A stretch of 64,000 nt of DNA, taken from an uncultured Bacteroidota bacterium (GTDB lineage: Bacteria > Bacteroidota > Ignavibacteria > Kryptoniales > JAKASW01). The position numbers and the translations under genes were made by a program. Below are positions 43,737-53,358 of the stretch, in pieces. The notes beneath the pieces were generated by a model. That model worked only from the letters and a program-made list of their open reading frames with translations. It did not search any database and was not told the origin of the DNA. The stretch covers positions 3,522,581-3,586,580 of the forward strand of contig OY969800.1 in assembly GCA_963703215.1 (NCBI GenBank). Direction: 5' to 3'. Each line of letters starts with the position of its first letter. Position 1 is the first letter of the stretch.

Positions 43737-44153
43737 TTACTCCACTGGCTCACCAGCAAGCTCCAAAGAAAATGCCTTCAGAGAGTCAACCCATTGAAGG
43801 TCGGCAGGGTCGGAACTAGTGCCATCTTTTTTCGAGAGCCAGGTCTCGAATGAAGCTGGTCCCGTTAAGTTAATTCTCCATCCGTCATAGCCTTCGGTCG
43901 ATGCACCCGCCTGCAAACCCTTGGGGTTGTGGAATCCAGTGCTGTCAATTCGATACAGTGTATCGCCATTGTTCACCACGAAAAATTCCGAGTAAAGGCT
44001 ATCCGCAATCTCCACACCATAAAGCGTTCCGACGAGGGAACCATTGCTTGTAGTCAAGTTATGAATGACTTCAAGGTGGGGGGCCCGAGAGGTAGGCGTC
44101 TTAGAGCAAGAAGCGAGGAAGACTAGTGATAAGATGATGGACAATTTAAACAT
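43737..44153 (-). CDS. Cassette gene: hypothetical lipoprotein
   Basis: LASC lipobox, GAGG RBS. Confidence 0.75.
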   Translation of the reverse strand: MFKLSIILSLVFLASCSKTPTSRAPHLEVIHNLTTSNGSLVGTLYGVEIADSLYSEFFVVNNGDTLYRIDSTGFHNPKGLQAGASTEGYDGWRINLTGPASFETWLSKKDGTSSDPADLQWVDSLKAFSLELAGEPVE

Positions 44154-44200
44154 GTCAGTTTACCTCAGCTTTAATATGGATTGTCGCCGCCGTGCATGAC

Positions 44201-44313
44201 GTATAACGTACTGCCGGACAAAGTCGTGGCACGCTCCTTCTTCATATAATTTGCGTGCCATGAAGCGACCACGACATATATAATGTGGAGCGTCTTCTTC
44301 TCGCATGTTATAG
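44201..44313 (-). repeat. attC-like site 5
   Basis: GTATAAC...TGAAGCG...GAGCGT...GTTATAG. Confidence 0.85.
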
Positions 44314-45000
44314 GACGTTGGTTTGCGATTCGTTATGATCCTGCATATTGGGTTGTTCATTTAGTAAAGGCCTCTTTGCAAGCCTAACCACATCATCAAG
44401 CATTCGATAGTAGGACACGAAGATGTAAACTATGGGGACATACGCAGCGACGCTAAGAACATAGAAAAGAACATTGTCGGGAATGTGGAATCCTGTTTTA
44501 GTATCAAAACTCACGGCCAAATTAAATGCAACTCTGAGATGAAACACTTGCGAGCAAATTAGGATTGCGAGAGTTGGGACCACATAGCAGAATCCACTAA
44601 GAATCATTGAGTATCTCCAGCTCTTGGTGGATTTCACCATATGGTAAGATTCAGCCACTTCCATCATTGCCCAACAAAATAGAAACGCGGAGACCAGTGC
44701 ACCATAAAAAGTCAGGTCACTACTGTCTGCACAGAGAGAAATCATGGTATCAACGAGCCCGCTCAAGGACAATATCGATCGGAACACAATCATTGTCCAA
44801 ATGAAAATGACGGACCAAAGAAGTGATTTACTCTTTCTTGTCTCGGGGCAATCGTAGAGAAAGGCTACACTGCATAATAGAAGTGCCCCTCCAAAATCAG
44901 ATGACTTATATTCGACGTCGCCCACGCTGAAGCGGAAAAAGCACAAGATGATCCCGACAGCTAAAAACCTTCGCGACCAGAGAAGAGCGCCCTTATCCAT
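44308..45000 (-). CDS. Cassette gene: multi-pass membrane protein
   Basis: About six hydrophobic segments; stop TAA lies in the R'' box. Confidence 0.7.
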   Translation of the reverse strand: MDKGALLWSRRFLAVGIILCFFRFSVGDVEYKSSDFGGALLLCSVAFLYDCPETRKSKSLLWSVIFIWTMIVFRSILSLSGLVDTMISLCADSSDLTFYGALVSAFLFCWAMMEVAESYHMVKSTKSWRYSMILSGFCYVVPTLAILICSQVFHLRVAFNLAVSFDTKTGFHIPDNVLFYVLSVAAYVPIVYIFVSYYRMLDDVVRLAKRPLLNEQPNMQDHNESQTNVL

Positions 45001-45096
45001 TGATTGATGACGTCAGCTTTGGACTAGAAATAGCAGAATATGACATTCCTAATATTCCTCCATTTAAATTGTATTGGAGAAAGCAAACCAATGTTC

Positions 45097-45230
45097 CTAT
45101 AACGTGACCCGCAAAGAAGTCGTGCTCTTGCCCGCTATGAAAAATCGCGGAGCGTCCAGATGGCGGGCAAGAGCATGAAGCGAGTTCTATCATATACAAT
45201 AACCGAGCGTCTTTTTTGCGGTTGTTAGGC
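45097..45230 (-). repeat. attC-like site 6
   Basis: CTATAAC GTGAC CCGCAAAGAAG...CTTTTTTGCGG TT GTTAGGC. Confidence 0.9.
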
Positions 45231-45252
45231 GACGTGCCATCTTGTTAGTTAG

Positions 45253-45807
45253 CTAAGACTTCAAGTTCTGGAATGTCACATTGGTACAGAAATAGTTATA
45301 TTCTTTTTCACGGAACCATACTGTTTCTAATTTTTTGGAATCCTTGACCTCCTTTTGGATAAGCCATTTTGCAAATGAAGGAAGCTGTTTCCTCTTGTAC
45401 CGAGCGGCGGCAACAATGAAATCTAGATTTTCGTTGTGTATGAAGAAGCGATTAGGAATGCACTCCAAATCGCTTGCAATTATGCCATACCGCAGCCAAG
45501 GATAGATTGCTTTGTGTTTGCCAGCTTTTGCAGAATAGGTAATGACATCATGGGTTGTAAGCTTGGTTTTAAACTCGATTACGACCCTTGGGAGGAAGCG
45601 GGAAGCAGATAATTCCAAGATGCAAATGTCAGTTTGGAAAGCTGAGATGCCTCTTTTGGGATTCTTCGTGTCGCTAACTGAAACATCTAATGACGTGTTC
45701 AGCGTCAATTCGTAGAGAAGGTTATGTCCGCGCTCCACCTTCAGAGAATCAGCGAGAGCATTGCTCGCTGATTTTTCAAACAGAGTCACAAAGGCAGATT
45801 CTTTCAT
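45253..45807 (-). CDS. Cassette gene: PD-(D/E)xK nuclease-fold protein
   Basis: FQTDICI...PRVVIEFKTK...HDVITYSAKA. Confidence 0.65.
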   Translation of the reverse strand: MKESAFVTLFEKSASNALADSLKVERGHNLLYELTLNTSLDVSVSDTKNPKRGISAFQTDICILELSASRFLPRVVIEFKTKLTTHDVITYSAKAGKHKAIYPWLRYGIIASDLECIPNRFFIHNENLDFIVAAARYKRKQLPSFAKWLIQKEVKDSKKLETVWFREKEYNYFCTNVTFQNLKS

Positions 45808-45821
45808 ATTTGGACTGACAG

Positions 45822-46595
45822 CTAGTTACCGTTGATGGAGTTACCAACAATCTCGATGGCTTCAACGTCGGCGTTGAAAGCATTCTTTGAAATTGCTGTG
45901 CCAATAAAATAACCAGCACACGTGATTATTGATTGTGGCTCAAGACGAGAAGAACTGCCATTGTACAGGAATTCAACCGTAGAAACACCCGCTAGGGAGT
46001 TTGAGCTTTCTACTGCAATCATAACGTCGGTCCAATTGCCGAGCGAAGGCGACACACTCTGAACAGTATAAACGTCGCCAGTGGCGCGGACGAGTTGACC
46101 AATGTAGGCGTATGGATTTTTCGATATTTCGGATACTGGCACCCTCCTAGCATTGTGCCATGTTGACGATGGGGTTGAATCCTGAATTTTACGCATAGCC
46201 ACGGCGAGATTGCCATTTGATTGAATTGAGGCATCAGAAGTATTGAATGATTCTTGGCGTTGGTAGGACTGCGAGGTATAACTATTGTTGTTCGTTTGAA
46301 AAAGAGAAGACAAATTTATGACTCCATATTTGTTGAGGAGATATATCACGACAGCAATGACAAGTAGAGCTTCTCCCACTTCCTTGAATCTGAAAGACGA
46401 TGATTGTTGCGGTGACTTTGGTAAGTTGTCCTCATCAGTAACGTGTTCACGCTTAGCGGAGCTGTTGGTCTCATCGGATTCTACAGATGGCGAAGGTTGA
46501 GGTACAAGGTCTGTGCGACTCTGAAGGGCAGCCCCACAGTTTATGCAGAACTTGAAGTCGTCTGAATTAAATTTGCCGCATGATGTACAGTACAT
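45822..46595 (-). CDS. Cassette gene: zinc-ribbon, single-TM protein with OB-fold-like ectodomain
   Basis: MYCTSCG...FCINCG, TM helix, NPYAYIGQLVRATG.V. Confidence 0.75.
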   Translation of the reverse strand: MYCTSCGKFNSDDFKFCINCGAALQSRTDLVPQPSPSVESDETNSSAKREHVTDEDNLPKSPQQSSSFRFKEVGEALLVIAVVIYLLNKYGVINLSSLFQTNNNSYTSQSYQRQESFNTSDASIQSNGNLAVAMRKIQDSTPSSTWHNARRVPVSEISKNPYAYIGQLVRATGDVYTVQSVSPSLGNWTDVMIAVESSNSLAGVSTVEFLYNGSSSRLEPQSIITCAGYFIGTAISKNAFNADVEAIEIVGNSINGN

Positions 46596-46623
46596 TCATC
46601 CTCCTATTTCTTGATGGCATGAC

Positions 46624-46740
46624 GCCTAACGTCTGCCAGAAAGAAGTCGCGCCGCGCATCCATGTTATTCCTATGAGCGCGGCGTGAAGCGAACTCGATA
46701 TTATATCTCATGATGAGCGTCTTCTTTCTGGCTGTTAGGC
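46624..46740 (-). repeat. attC-like site 7
   Basis: GCCTAAC GTCTG CCAGAAAGAAG...CTTCTTTCTGG CT GTTAGGC. Confidence 0.9.
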
Positions 46741-47259
46741 GCAGCGTGGCCAGTACTTAAGCACCACTGCCCACATCACAAGAACGATGAAGGTGAGCAA
46801 GAATCTCATCTTGCGAACCGCACCCTTGCCGGTGAGCAGTCGAACGAGAAAGTTCCTGTCAGGCCTCTTCTCAGGCAACGGATCGGTAATCACTACCAAT
46901 TTCTCAATCTCAAGGAGCCACTCGAGCGATTTATCTTGAAATGCTCGATGATTTTCGGCAATCACCAACCAAATGATCATTATCGCCGATGATACGAGTG
47001 CAAGAGTCAGGAGATGAACAAACTGTGGTTCCTTCAAAGCAGTTAGAGCAGCGAAACCAGCAAGGGAAAGCGGTATCATGATTTGAGCAGTTGACCAGAT
47101 GCGATTGTTGTCAGAGAGAAATCGTTGAGAATAACTGGAGTAAAAAGCCTTCAACCAGTCATCAGCGATGGCAGGATTGTTCTTGCGGAAATCCGTAAGT
47201 TGATCACGAAGAGACCGCCTTGGTTGCTGAGTGACAGGTTGGGGATTATTTAAGTTCAT
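46735..47259 (-). CDS. Cassette gene: 3-TM membrane protein
   Basis: GAGGAGG RBS; TM hairpin, W...LLEIEK helix, C-terminal TM; stop in R'' box. Confidence 0.75.
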   Translation of the reverse strand: MNLNNPQPVTQQPRRSLRDQLTDFRKNNPAIADDWLKAFYSSYSQRFLSDNNRIWSTAQIMIPLSLAGFAALTALKEPQFVHLLTLALVSSAIMIIWLVIAENHRAFQDKSLEWLLEIEKLVVITDPLPEKRPDRNFLVRLLTGKGAVRKMRFLLTFIVLVMWAVVLKYWPRCA

Positions 47260-47301
47260 TGTTGCCTCCTCTTTCTATGGGAGATTCGATTGCCACGTTG
47301 C

Positions 47302-47439
47302 GCCTAACGTCCTGCCGCAAACAAGTCGTCCCGATTGTCGCATATAAATATTTGCGAAGCATCCATGATACGCGGCAATCGGGATGAAGCGAGCTCCATC
47401 ATATAAAATAACCGAGCGTCTTTTTTGCGGTTGTTAGTT
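47302..47439 (-). repeat. attC-like site 8
   Basis: GCCTAAC...CCGCAAACAAG...CTTTTTTGCGG TT GTTAGTT. Confidence 0.9.
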
Positions 47440-47455
47440 GCAGTTGCCCGCCGTT

Positions 47456-48733
47456 TCATTTGAGCAATAAAAGTTTCTTGGTGTCATGGTACGTGCCAGC
47501 GTCAAGCCTGTAGAAGTATATTCCACTGGGAAGGCTGCCTGCGTTAAACGTAATGGAATGATTGCCTGCACTCTGGCGTTCGTTAACCAGAGTTTCAACT
47601 CTTCTCCCCAATACATCGAATACCATTAACGACACAAAAACGTTCGTTGTCAATTGGTAACCTATGATGGTTGATGGGTTAAATGGGTTAGGGAAATTCT
47701 GAAGCAAGGCAAATCTCTTCGGCACTCTATTGTCCGCTTGTTTTACAGACGTAGTCATTTCAGACAAAGTCCTTTTCCACACTCCATGTCCCCAGGTACC
47801 TGCAAATAGAAACGAGTCCTTAATGGCGAGAGAGTAGACCGCTGAATCTAAGGATCCTGTATTGACGGCGCTCCAGGTCGTGTCATGGTCAGTGGACAGA
47901 AAGACTCCTCCCCAAGTGCCTGCAAAGAGTCTGTCGCCGCTAGTCACAAGAGACATGACGTTCCCTCCAGCGAACGTGAGACCAGAACTACTGTTGAACC
48001 AATTTGTGCCGTTGTTTGTCGTGAAGAAAACGCCACCGCCATCGGTACCAGCAAATAGAGTGCCTCCTATAAAGGTCAGCGCTTGAACAACTGTTGTTCC
48101 TAAGCCAATCCAGTGAACAGATTCAATCAGTCCATTACTTACAGCAGTCCAACTTGTTCCATTATTGATCGAAAGAAAGACTCCTTTATCCGTCCCTGCA
48201 AAAAGCTCTGTATCTCTGATGGCAAGACACTCGACATACGCATCTTCCATGCCAGTATTTGCAGCTGTCCAGCTATCGCCGTTGTTGGTGGAAAGAAAAA
48301 CCCCTTGACCATAGATACCCGCAAAGATATTGGTTCCACTGAAAGCAAAAGTTGTGAGGTCGTAGTTTGTCAAGCCGCTGTCTATTGATGTCCAACTGGA
48401 ACCGTTATCGGTGGAACGAAAGACTCCTCCATCTGCATGCGCAAAAAGAACCGTGTCTTTGATGGCCAAAACGTTGGCAACATTGCCAGACGGACTTATG
48501 CGGATAGTGTCCCAACTATTGCCGTTGTCGCTGGACAAAAATGTTCCCCCTCCGATATAGTAGTGATCTACAGTAGTTGGCCCATCACCGACAACGAGAT
48601 TCTTACCGAGCACGGCAATGCAATAGATGTGACCGTCGGAAAGTCCGTTGGTTTGTATCCATTGTGCATTTAAAGAACTTATAGCGCTGAAGAAGGTAAT
48701 CACCAACGCTAAAACCCGAAATAGATTCTTCAT
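47456..48733 (-). CDS. Cassette gene: BNR/Asp-box beta-propeller with T9SS type A C-terminal sorting domain
   Basis: Start MKNLF after AGGAG; repeats GVF.S.DNG.SW; LLQNFPNPFNPST...SGIYFYRL...TKKLLLLK. Confidence 0.9.
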   Translation of the reverse strand: MKNLFRVLALVITFFSAISSLNAQWIQTNGLSDGHIYCIAVLGKNLVVGDGPTTVDHYYIGGGTFLSSDNGNSWDTIRISPSGNVANVLAIKDTVLFAHADGGVFRSTDNGSSWTSIDSGLTNYDLTTFAFSGTNIFAGIYGQGVFLSTNNGDSWTAANTGMEDAYVECLAIRDTELFAGTDKGVFLSINNGTSWTAVSNGLIESVHWIGLGTTVVQALTFIGGTLFAGTDGGGVFFTTNNGTNWFNSSSGLTFAGGNVMSLVTSGDRLFAGTWGGVFLSTDHDTTWSAVNTGSLDSAVYSLAIKDSFLFAGTWGHGVWKRTLSEMTTSVKQADNRVPKRFALLQNFPNPFNPSTIIGYQLTTNVFVSLMVFDVLGRRVETLVNERQSAGNHSITFNAGSLPSGIYFYRLDAGTYHDTKKLLLLK

Positions 48734-48770
48734 CAGGTTCTCCTTTCGTGTAGCAGTAAAGGGCAATTGC

Positions 48771-48904
48771 AACTAACGTCCACCGCAAAAAAGTTGTCCC
48801 GCTTGCCGCTAAAAATATTGCATGGCATCCACGATGCGGCGAAGCGGGATGAAGCGAGTTCTATCATATACAATAATCGAGCGTCTTTTTTGCGGTTGTT
48901 AGGC
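48771..48904 (-). repeat. attC-like site 9
   Basis: AACTAAC GTCCA CCGCAAAAAAG...CTTTTTTGCGG TT GTTAGGC. Confidence 0.9.
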
Positions 48905-48941
48905 GAAGTTGTTTTGTAACCGTAATTCACGTCTACAATGT

Positions 48942-49385
48942 TCAAAGCCAAACTCCGCCGATCGCCATAATCGCCATCAAGTTTATGCCTTGGATGACCC
49001 ATTGAATGAACAGAAAAAAACTCAGAGAGAACCATCTTGCACCCTTCATCTTTGCGATGTAGTAGACTCCGATGAGAAGTGAGAACAAATTCAGAAGGCT
49101 TACAGAGATTACAGCAAGCTCGTTTGGGGCAGGTCTGTTTGGAGGAGCACCCCCAGGGTTCCATCCGAACGCCGCTACGATGGCAATCAAAGGGAAAAAC
49201 AGTATTTGGATGAACATTAAGGAATATGACTGCTTCCATGTCCTCCCCTCAAACGGGTGACCAATAACAATGGAAGCTATCAAATTTGCAAGCAAAGGGA
49301 TGGTCACAAGCACGAACCACCATCCCCAAAGGAATTCAAATCCCTGCTCCATCAGCCAGAATGCGCTAGACATATAGTTGTTCAC
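48942..49385 (-). CDS. Cassette gene: 4-TM membrane protein
   Basis: Four hydrophobic segments; fills the cassette. Confidence 0.7.
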   Translation of the reverse strand: MNNYMSSAFWLMEQGFEFLWGWWFVLVTIPLLANLIASIVIGHPFEGRTWKQSYSLMFIQILFFPLIAIVAAFGWNPGGAPPNRPAPNELAVISVSLLNLFSLLIGVYYIAKMKGARWFSLSFFLFIQWVIQGINLMAIMAIGGVWL

Positions 49386-49422
49386 GACATTTGATCCTTA
49401 AAAGACATTGCAAAACAATTTC

Positions 49423-49537
49423 GCCTAACGTCCTGCCGGACAAAGTCGTGCCGCGCTCCTTCTTGACATAATGCGCGCGGCATGAAGCGAGTTCGATAGT
49501 ATATAATAGTCGAGCGTCATGATTGCCGTTGTTATAC
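49423..49537 (-). repeat. attC-like site 10
   Basis: GCCTAAC...TGAAGCG...GAGCGT...GTTATAC. Confidence 0.85.
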
Positions 49538-49589
49538 GCTGGCGCAGCCGATTGTCATGGCTCAGAAATGAGTTGCAAATCATTGCGTT

Positions 49590-50333
49590 TTATTTCCACC
49601 AAGCCGTGGTATCTGCATCATATGATCCCCAACCATAAGCTGAGTACTTATCTGCTGGGTGAAATTCGCCTGCACCGTCGTCAAGGTCGCCACTGTTCGG
49701 TATTCTGGAATCTCCCCAGTTACAGACCTTGACAGAAGGGACATTGTAGTCCTTCCACGTTCCGACAAAGGCGCAGTTTATAAATCCGTCGGCACAACCC
49801 CAGAGATCATCGTATCTAAGGCGGCCTCGGGAATCGAGATACCACGAAACAGCAGCATTGCCTTCGAATACTCCTGAAAACTTTTGATCTGGGTTCTCAC
49901 GGAAAGAATAGTTGAACAAAGCGATCCCTTGGGTTTTGGGGTGAACTGGATTCTCGCATGCTTCAGGGTCAACTATCTTGCGAATAGCTGTCAAGGTCAT
50001 CGTGCCTTGAAAGTCACAAATGTTGGCTTTAACACGGGTCTTTCCATCGACACGATAAAGATAAGGGTTGACAGTGTCCTTCTTGATCGAGAAAAAGTAA
50101 ATATCAAACCTCTGATATTTGTCACCAATGAACCCTAGCCTCCAAGACTGGTTTTGAATGCACAGCCGCCCAAAGTCGTATCTCCCAAATTTGGACGAGT
50201 AGTCACCCTTAAGCATCTGACAATCTCTTTCGTCTACAATGCTTTCCAAAGCAGACCGTGGCGTGCGCGTGGTCTGTGAGCCCGCGAGGGAGACGGCGCA
50301 GGCAATATATAGAATCACAAAGAATGAACCCAT
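49590..50333 (-). CDS. Cassette gene: secreted hypothetical protein
   Basis: Start MGSFFVILY after GAGGAG; LGFIG..YQR, FVGTW..Y, CNWGD.RIP motifs. Confidence 0.75.
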   Translation of the reverse strand: MGSFFVILYIACAVSLAGSQTTRTPRSALESIVDERDCQMLKGDYSSKFGRYDFGRLCIQNQSWRLGFIGDKYQRFDIYFFSIKKDTVNPYLYRVDGKTRVKANICDFQGTMTLTAIRKIVDPEACENPVHPKTQGIALFNYSFRENPDQKFSGVFEGNAAVSWYLDSRGRLRYDDLWGCADGFINCAFVGTWKDYNVPSVKVCNWGDSRIPNSGDLDDGAGEFHPADKYSAYGWGSYDADTTAWWK

Positions 50334-50379
50334 GAAAACTCCTCGCGCTGTTTTAGAAAACGCAACTGGCTGCGCTTGC

Positions 50380-50514
50380 GTATAACGTGACCCGCAAAAA
50401 AGTCCGTCCCGCTTCGACGCTATAAATGTGCGAAGCTCGATGAGAGCGGCGAAGCGGGATGAAGCGAGCACCATGATACAGAATAATCGAGCATCTTTTT
50501 TGCGGTTGTTATCT
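50380..50514 (-). repeat. attC-like site 11
   Basis: GTATAAC GTGAC CCGCAAAAAAG...CTTTTTTGCGG TT GTTATCT. Confidence 0.9.
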
Positions 50515-50543
50515 GCTGTGGCGCTCGCCCATCGGTTTACCAC

Positions 50544-52112
50544 TTACTTCCTTTTGGATGACTTCTCAGGCAAAAGGTTAATCACGTATTCGGTGTTATA
50601 CTTAAGTAAGGCATACGATTCACTCGTCATTATCACTTCAATTTTTTCTTTTTTCTCTCTTTTCTCCCTTTGTTCATCTTCTTGACTTCTTTTCCAAATG
50701 CGTTCTATCTTCTGGACGAGTGATTCCAGTTCCCGCCGAGCTTGAACTGAATCGCGGCTCAGCAATTCCTGCTTGGCTCTTTGGTACCGTTGTTCAATAT
50801 TTTTAGCTATGCCATTGTCGGCCAGTTCGTCGTTATCATTGTCGTTATCGCGGCCTTTTCCGAGCCAACCAAGGTCAGCGGACTGTCGCGTATAATTGAT
50901 AAGGCTATCGAGAAGATTCAGCGGATTAGCGGAAGACGAATTTATTTTTGGGCCAATCGTATAGCCAATTACCGAATTTGTTAAAAGATCATTACGAACT
51001 TGTTCATCAGTAGGCACCTGCATTGGGTCATCCCAAGATATTGATGATGGTGCGTACCCTTTCACGAAGTAACGAACAATCGCAGGCAAATATGAGTCAT
51101 GCAGCCCAAACCCTTCAGCACTTTTGCCTATCCCGATCATGTAATGCTTTTCAGAATCTTGAAGATCCCACAAAACTGCAGAAAAGGGTGTTGTGGGTAG
51201 TGCTGCCAACCAACCTCTTGGCGAAGTCATGATTGCGTCCTGATCCACGTCTTGGAGAAAAATACTTCTTATCTTTTGTTTGCTTGTCGGCGCATTTGAC
51301 CATCGGTAATGATAGTTAAATGCTGAACTATCTTGAGTCACCCAGCAAGATGGTTCGACGCTTAATCGGTCAGCGGGTAAGTTAGTAGTGGAAGGGGTTT
51401 GAACCGTGTTGGGCCATAACCCATAAAGCGAACCATTATAGCTGTATGTAACATACGGTCTTGTGTTCATTAACGTATCGGGGAACAGTGCGTTGTCTTT
51501 ATCCCAAAAAGCCCAAATCTCCTTGATGCCGTTCCCTTTCAAGTCGAATAACTGGTACCAATCAGCTCCTGATAAAAGAACGGATTGCCCCGTGTTGGGA
51601 TTGACAGCGTTTAGGATTCGAGCCCGCCTTCCGTTCCAACTGAGTATCCACAGGTAGCTGAGATAGTCTATGTCCTGATCTGCGTCTCTCACGCTGACTA
51701 AAACATCAACCTCTCCATCATTGTTTATGTCTGAACTACCCAAGACGTATGCTCCACGACACGCACAGAGAGGCCCCGAATCCCATATAACATTTCCATT
51801 TGAAGAGAATCCAAAAATCTTTTTTGCCTCTGGTATCTGCATATCCTTTTCATCGGCTTGCCAAGCCTCAAAAAACATTTTACCTTTGAGCGTGCCATAA
51901 GGGTCTAAGAAATCCTGATCTATGGTAGCATCCCTCACAACTACGAGTAGGGTATCAAACGGATCAACGGCTACCAGATAATTCTTTGAATATTTCTGTA
52001 ATAAGTATGATTCGATTTGGCGGTCAATTGCTAAATAGGGTCTTCCCGTCTGAGATTTCGCAGACTGTTGTAAGAAGAAGATTACGAGTAAACATAAGAA
52101 TACTGTTTTCAT
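50544..52112 (-). CDS. Cassette gene: secreted multidomain protein (Ca-binding DxNxDG loops, helical C-terminus)
   Basis: Signal peptide; DINNDGEVDV and DLKGNGIKEI; 14 bp downstream of the transglycosylase-like gene. Confidence 0.75.
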   Translation of the reverse strand: MKTVFLCLLVIFFLQQSAKSQTGRPYLAIDRQIESYLLQKYSKNYLVAVDPFDTLLVVVRDATIDQDFLDPYGTLKGKMFFEAWQADEKDMQIPEAKKIFGFSSNGNVIWDSGPLCACRGAYVLGSSDINNDGEVDVLVSVRDADQDIDYLSYLWILSWNGRRARILNAVNPNTGQSVLLSGADWYQLFDLKGNGIKEIWAFWDKDNALFPDTLMNTRPYVTYSYNGSLYGLWPNTVQTPSTTNLPADRLSVEPSCWVTQDSSAFNYHYRWSNAPTSKQKIRSIFLQDVDQDAIMTSPRGWLAALPTTPFSAVLWDLQDSEKHYMIGIGKSAEGFGLHDSYLPAIVRYFVKGYAPSSISWDDPMQVPTDEQVRNDLLTNSVIGYTIGPKINSSSANPLNLLDSLINYTRQSADLGWLGKGRDNDNDNDELADNGIAKNIEQRYQRAKQELLSRDSVQARRELESLVQKIERIWKRSQEDEQREKREKKEKIEVIMTSESYALLKYNTEYVINLLPEKSSKRK

Positions 52113-52126
52113 TTTACTTCTCCTTA

Positions 52127-53092
52127 TTAATGAGGTAAATATTTTTGTGAAAGAGATAACACTTTCTTTCCATAATTCTTTTCGCCAGGATTATGTTGTT
52201 GAAAAGCCTTTCTCCATGCCTCCTCGAAACCTATGCTCCAATCATGGTCAGGAATAGAAGCGGGTTTCCCAAGAACCACCCACAATCTCTGAAGCATCAG
52301 ATCGGTATACCGAGGGAACAAATAATCGATTTCGTTTAGTTTTTCAGGAGGAGAAGAAGCATCTGAGCGTTTCATAAAAAGAGAATTTGCAGGAGCATAA
52401 CGAGAACCTGTCTGCGTAAACTTTGTGCAGACTGCGGTCGTGTAAAGCATCTGAGTCAACCCGTACGATGCTGATATTCGAGTTTGTGCGTAGAGATTGT
52501 TGTAATCATTTCCATACAATTCAGAATGAAATTTATTTTTCATGATGTCTATGGCAAAATTCGTTGCATCTTTTCCTTTATATCCAAGCGCGAGCACCTC
52601 CTTATATATTAGCCTAAAGTCACTTGTCAAAGGTTGTGTGTATTCCTGCCTGCCGATCACGAGAAGCTTTGATCTGTTGACATATCGTTCCAAGTGATTT
52701 TCGAGAAAATGTGTAATCTTAAGAGGCGTCCGTTGATAATCCGTCGGGCTCACGTTCGTGTGACCAGATGGAAAATTTCCGCCCATTCCTGAAGCGGAAA
52801 CAACAAATGGAAGCAATGCCCCATCTCTATTGGTTAATAACCCGATATTCTCATCGTGTCTTTGTATATAAATATCCTCAAACGGTTCGTAACGCCACAC
52901 GTTCTTGAATAGAGTCTCTTTCTCAATGTGACCTTTAATCATTTGCGGTGGAATCCCGTTTTCACCAGCATATTTTATGATGACATCATCTAAGTTGATG
53001 GTATTACCGAAGACGTCCGTAATCTGACTATACTGTGCCATGGTTACCGTCGGCACAAACAGAACAATTGCAAAAAGAACTTTCATCGACAT
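52127..53092 (-). CDS. Cassette gene: secreted lytic transglycosylase/lysozyme-like protein
   Basis: IIKYAGENGIPPQMIKGHIEKET (catalytic E), ASYGLTQM (GLMQ-like), HNPG...Y..KV. Confidence 0.7.
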   Translation of the reverse strand: MSMKVLFAIVLFVPTVTMAQYSQITDVFGNTINLDDVIIKYAGENGIPPQMIKGHIEKETLFKNVWRYEPFEDIYIQRHDENIGLLTNRDGALLPFVVSASGMGGNFPSGHTNVSPTDYQRTPLKITHFLENHLERYVNRSKLLVIGRQEYTQPLTSDFRLIYKEVLALGYKGKDATNFAIDIMKNKFHSELYGNDYNNLYAQTRISASYGLTQMLYTTAVCTKFTQTGSRYAPANSLFMKRSDASSPPEKLNEIDYLFPRYTDLMLQRLWVVLGKPASIPDHDWSIGFEEAWRKAFQQHNPGEKNYGKKVLSLSQKYLPH

Positions 53093-53148
53093 TTGACCTC
53101 CATTTTAACTCCTAAGTTCTCCAACGTTTGCTCGGCGAGCGCCATTGC

Positions 53149-53282
53149 AGATAACGTCCTGCGGCAAAAAGTCGTTGCTTTCGCTCGCTATAAAAGTTGC
53201 GAAGCATCGAGTCATCGAGCGAAAGCAATGAAGCGACCACGATGTATAAAAATGCGGAGCGTCTTTTTGCCGCTTGTTATGC
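53149..53282 (-). repeat. attC-like site 12
   Basis: AGATAAC GTCCT GCGGCAAAAAG...CTTTTTGCCGC TT GTTATGC. Confidence 0.9.
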
Positions 53283-53358
53283 GCAGGCAAAGTTTCTTGT
53301 CATTTGCTTTTTTGGCCCGACATATCGAATTTGAATGCGATACTTGCAAGGTTAGCAA

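Noticed and set aside
50334-50543. N-terminal extension of ORF 49590-50543 (likewise 48734-48772 of the T9SS gene)
   Set aside because: Reads through attC or cassette-end sequence; RBS and signal peptides mark the downstream starts
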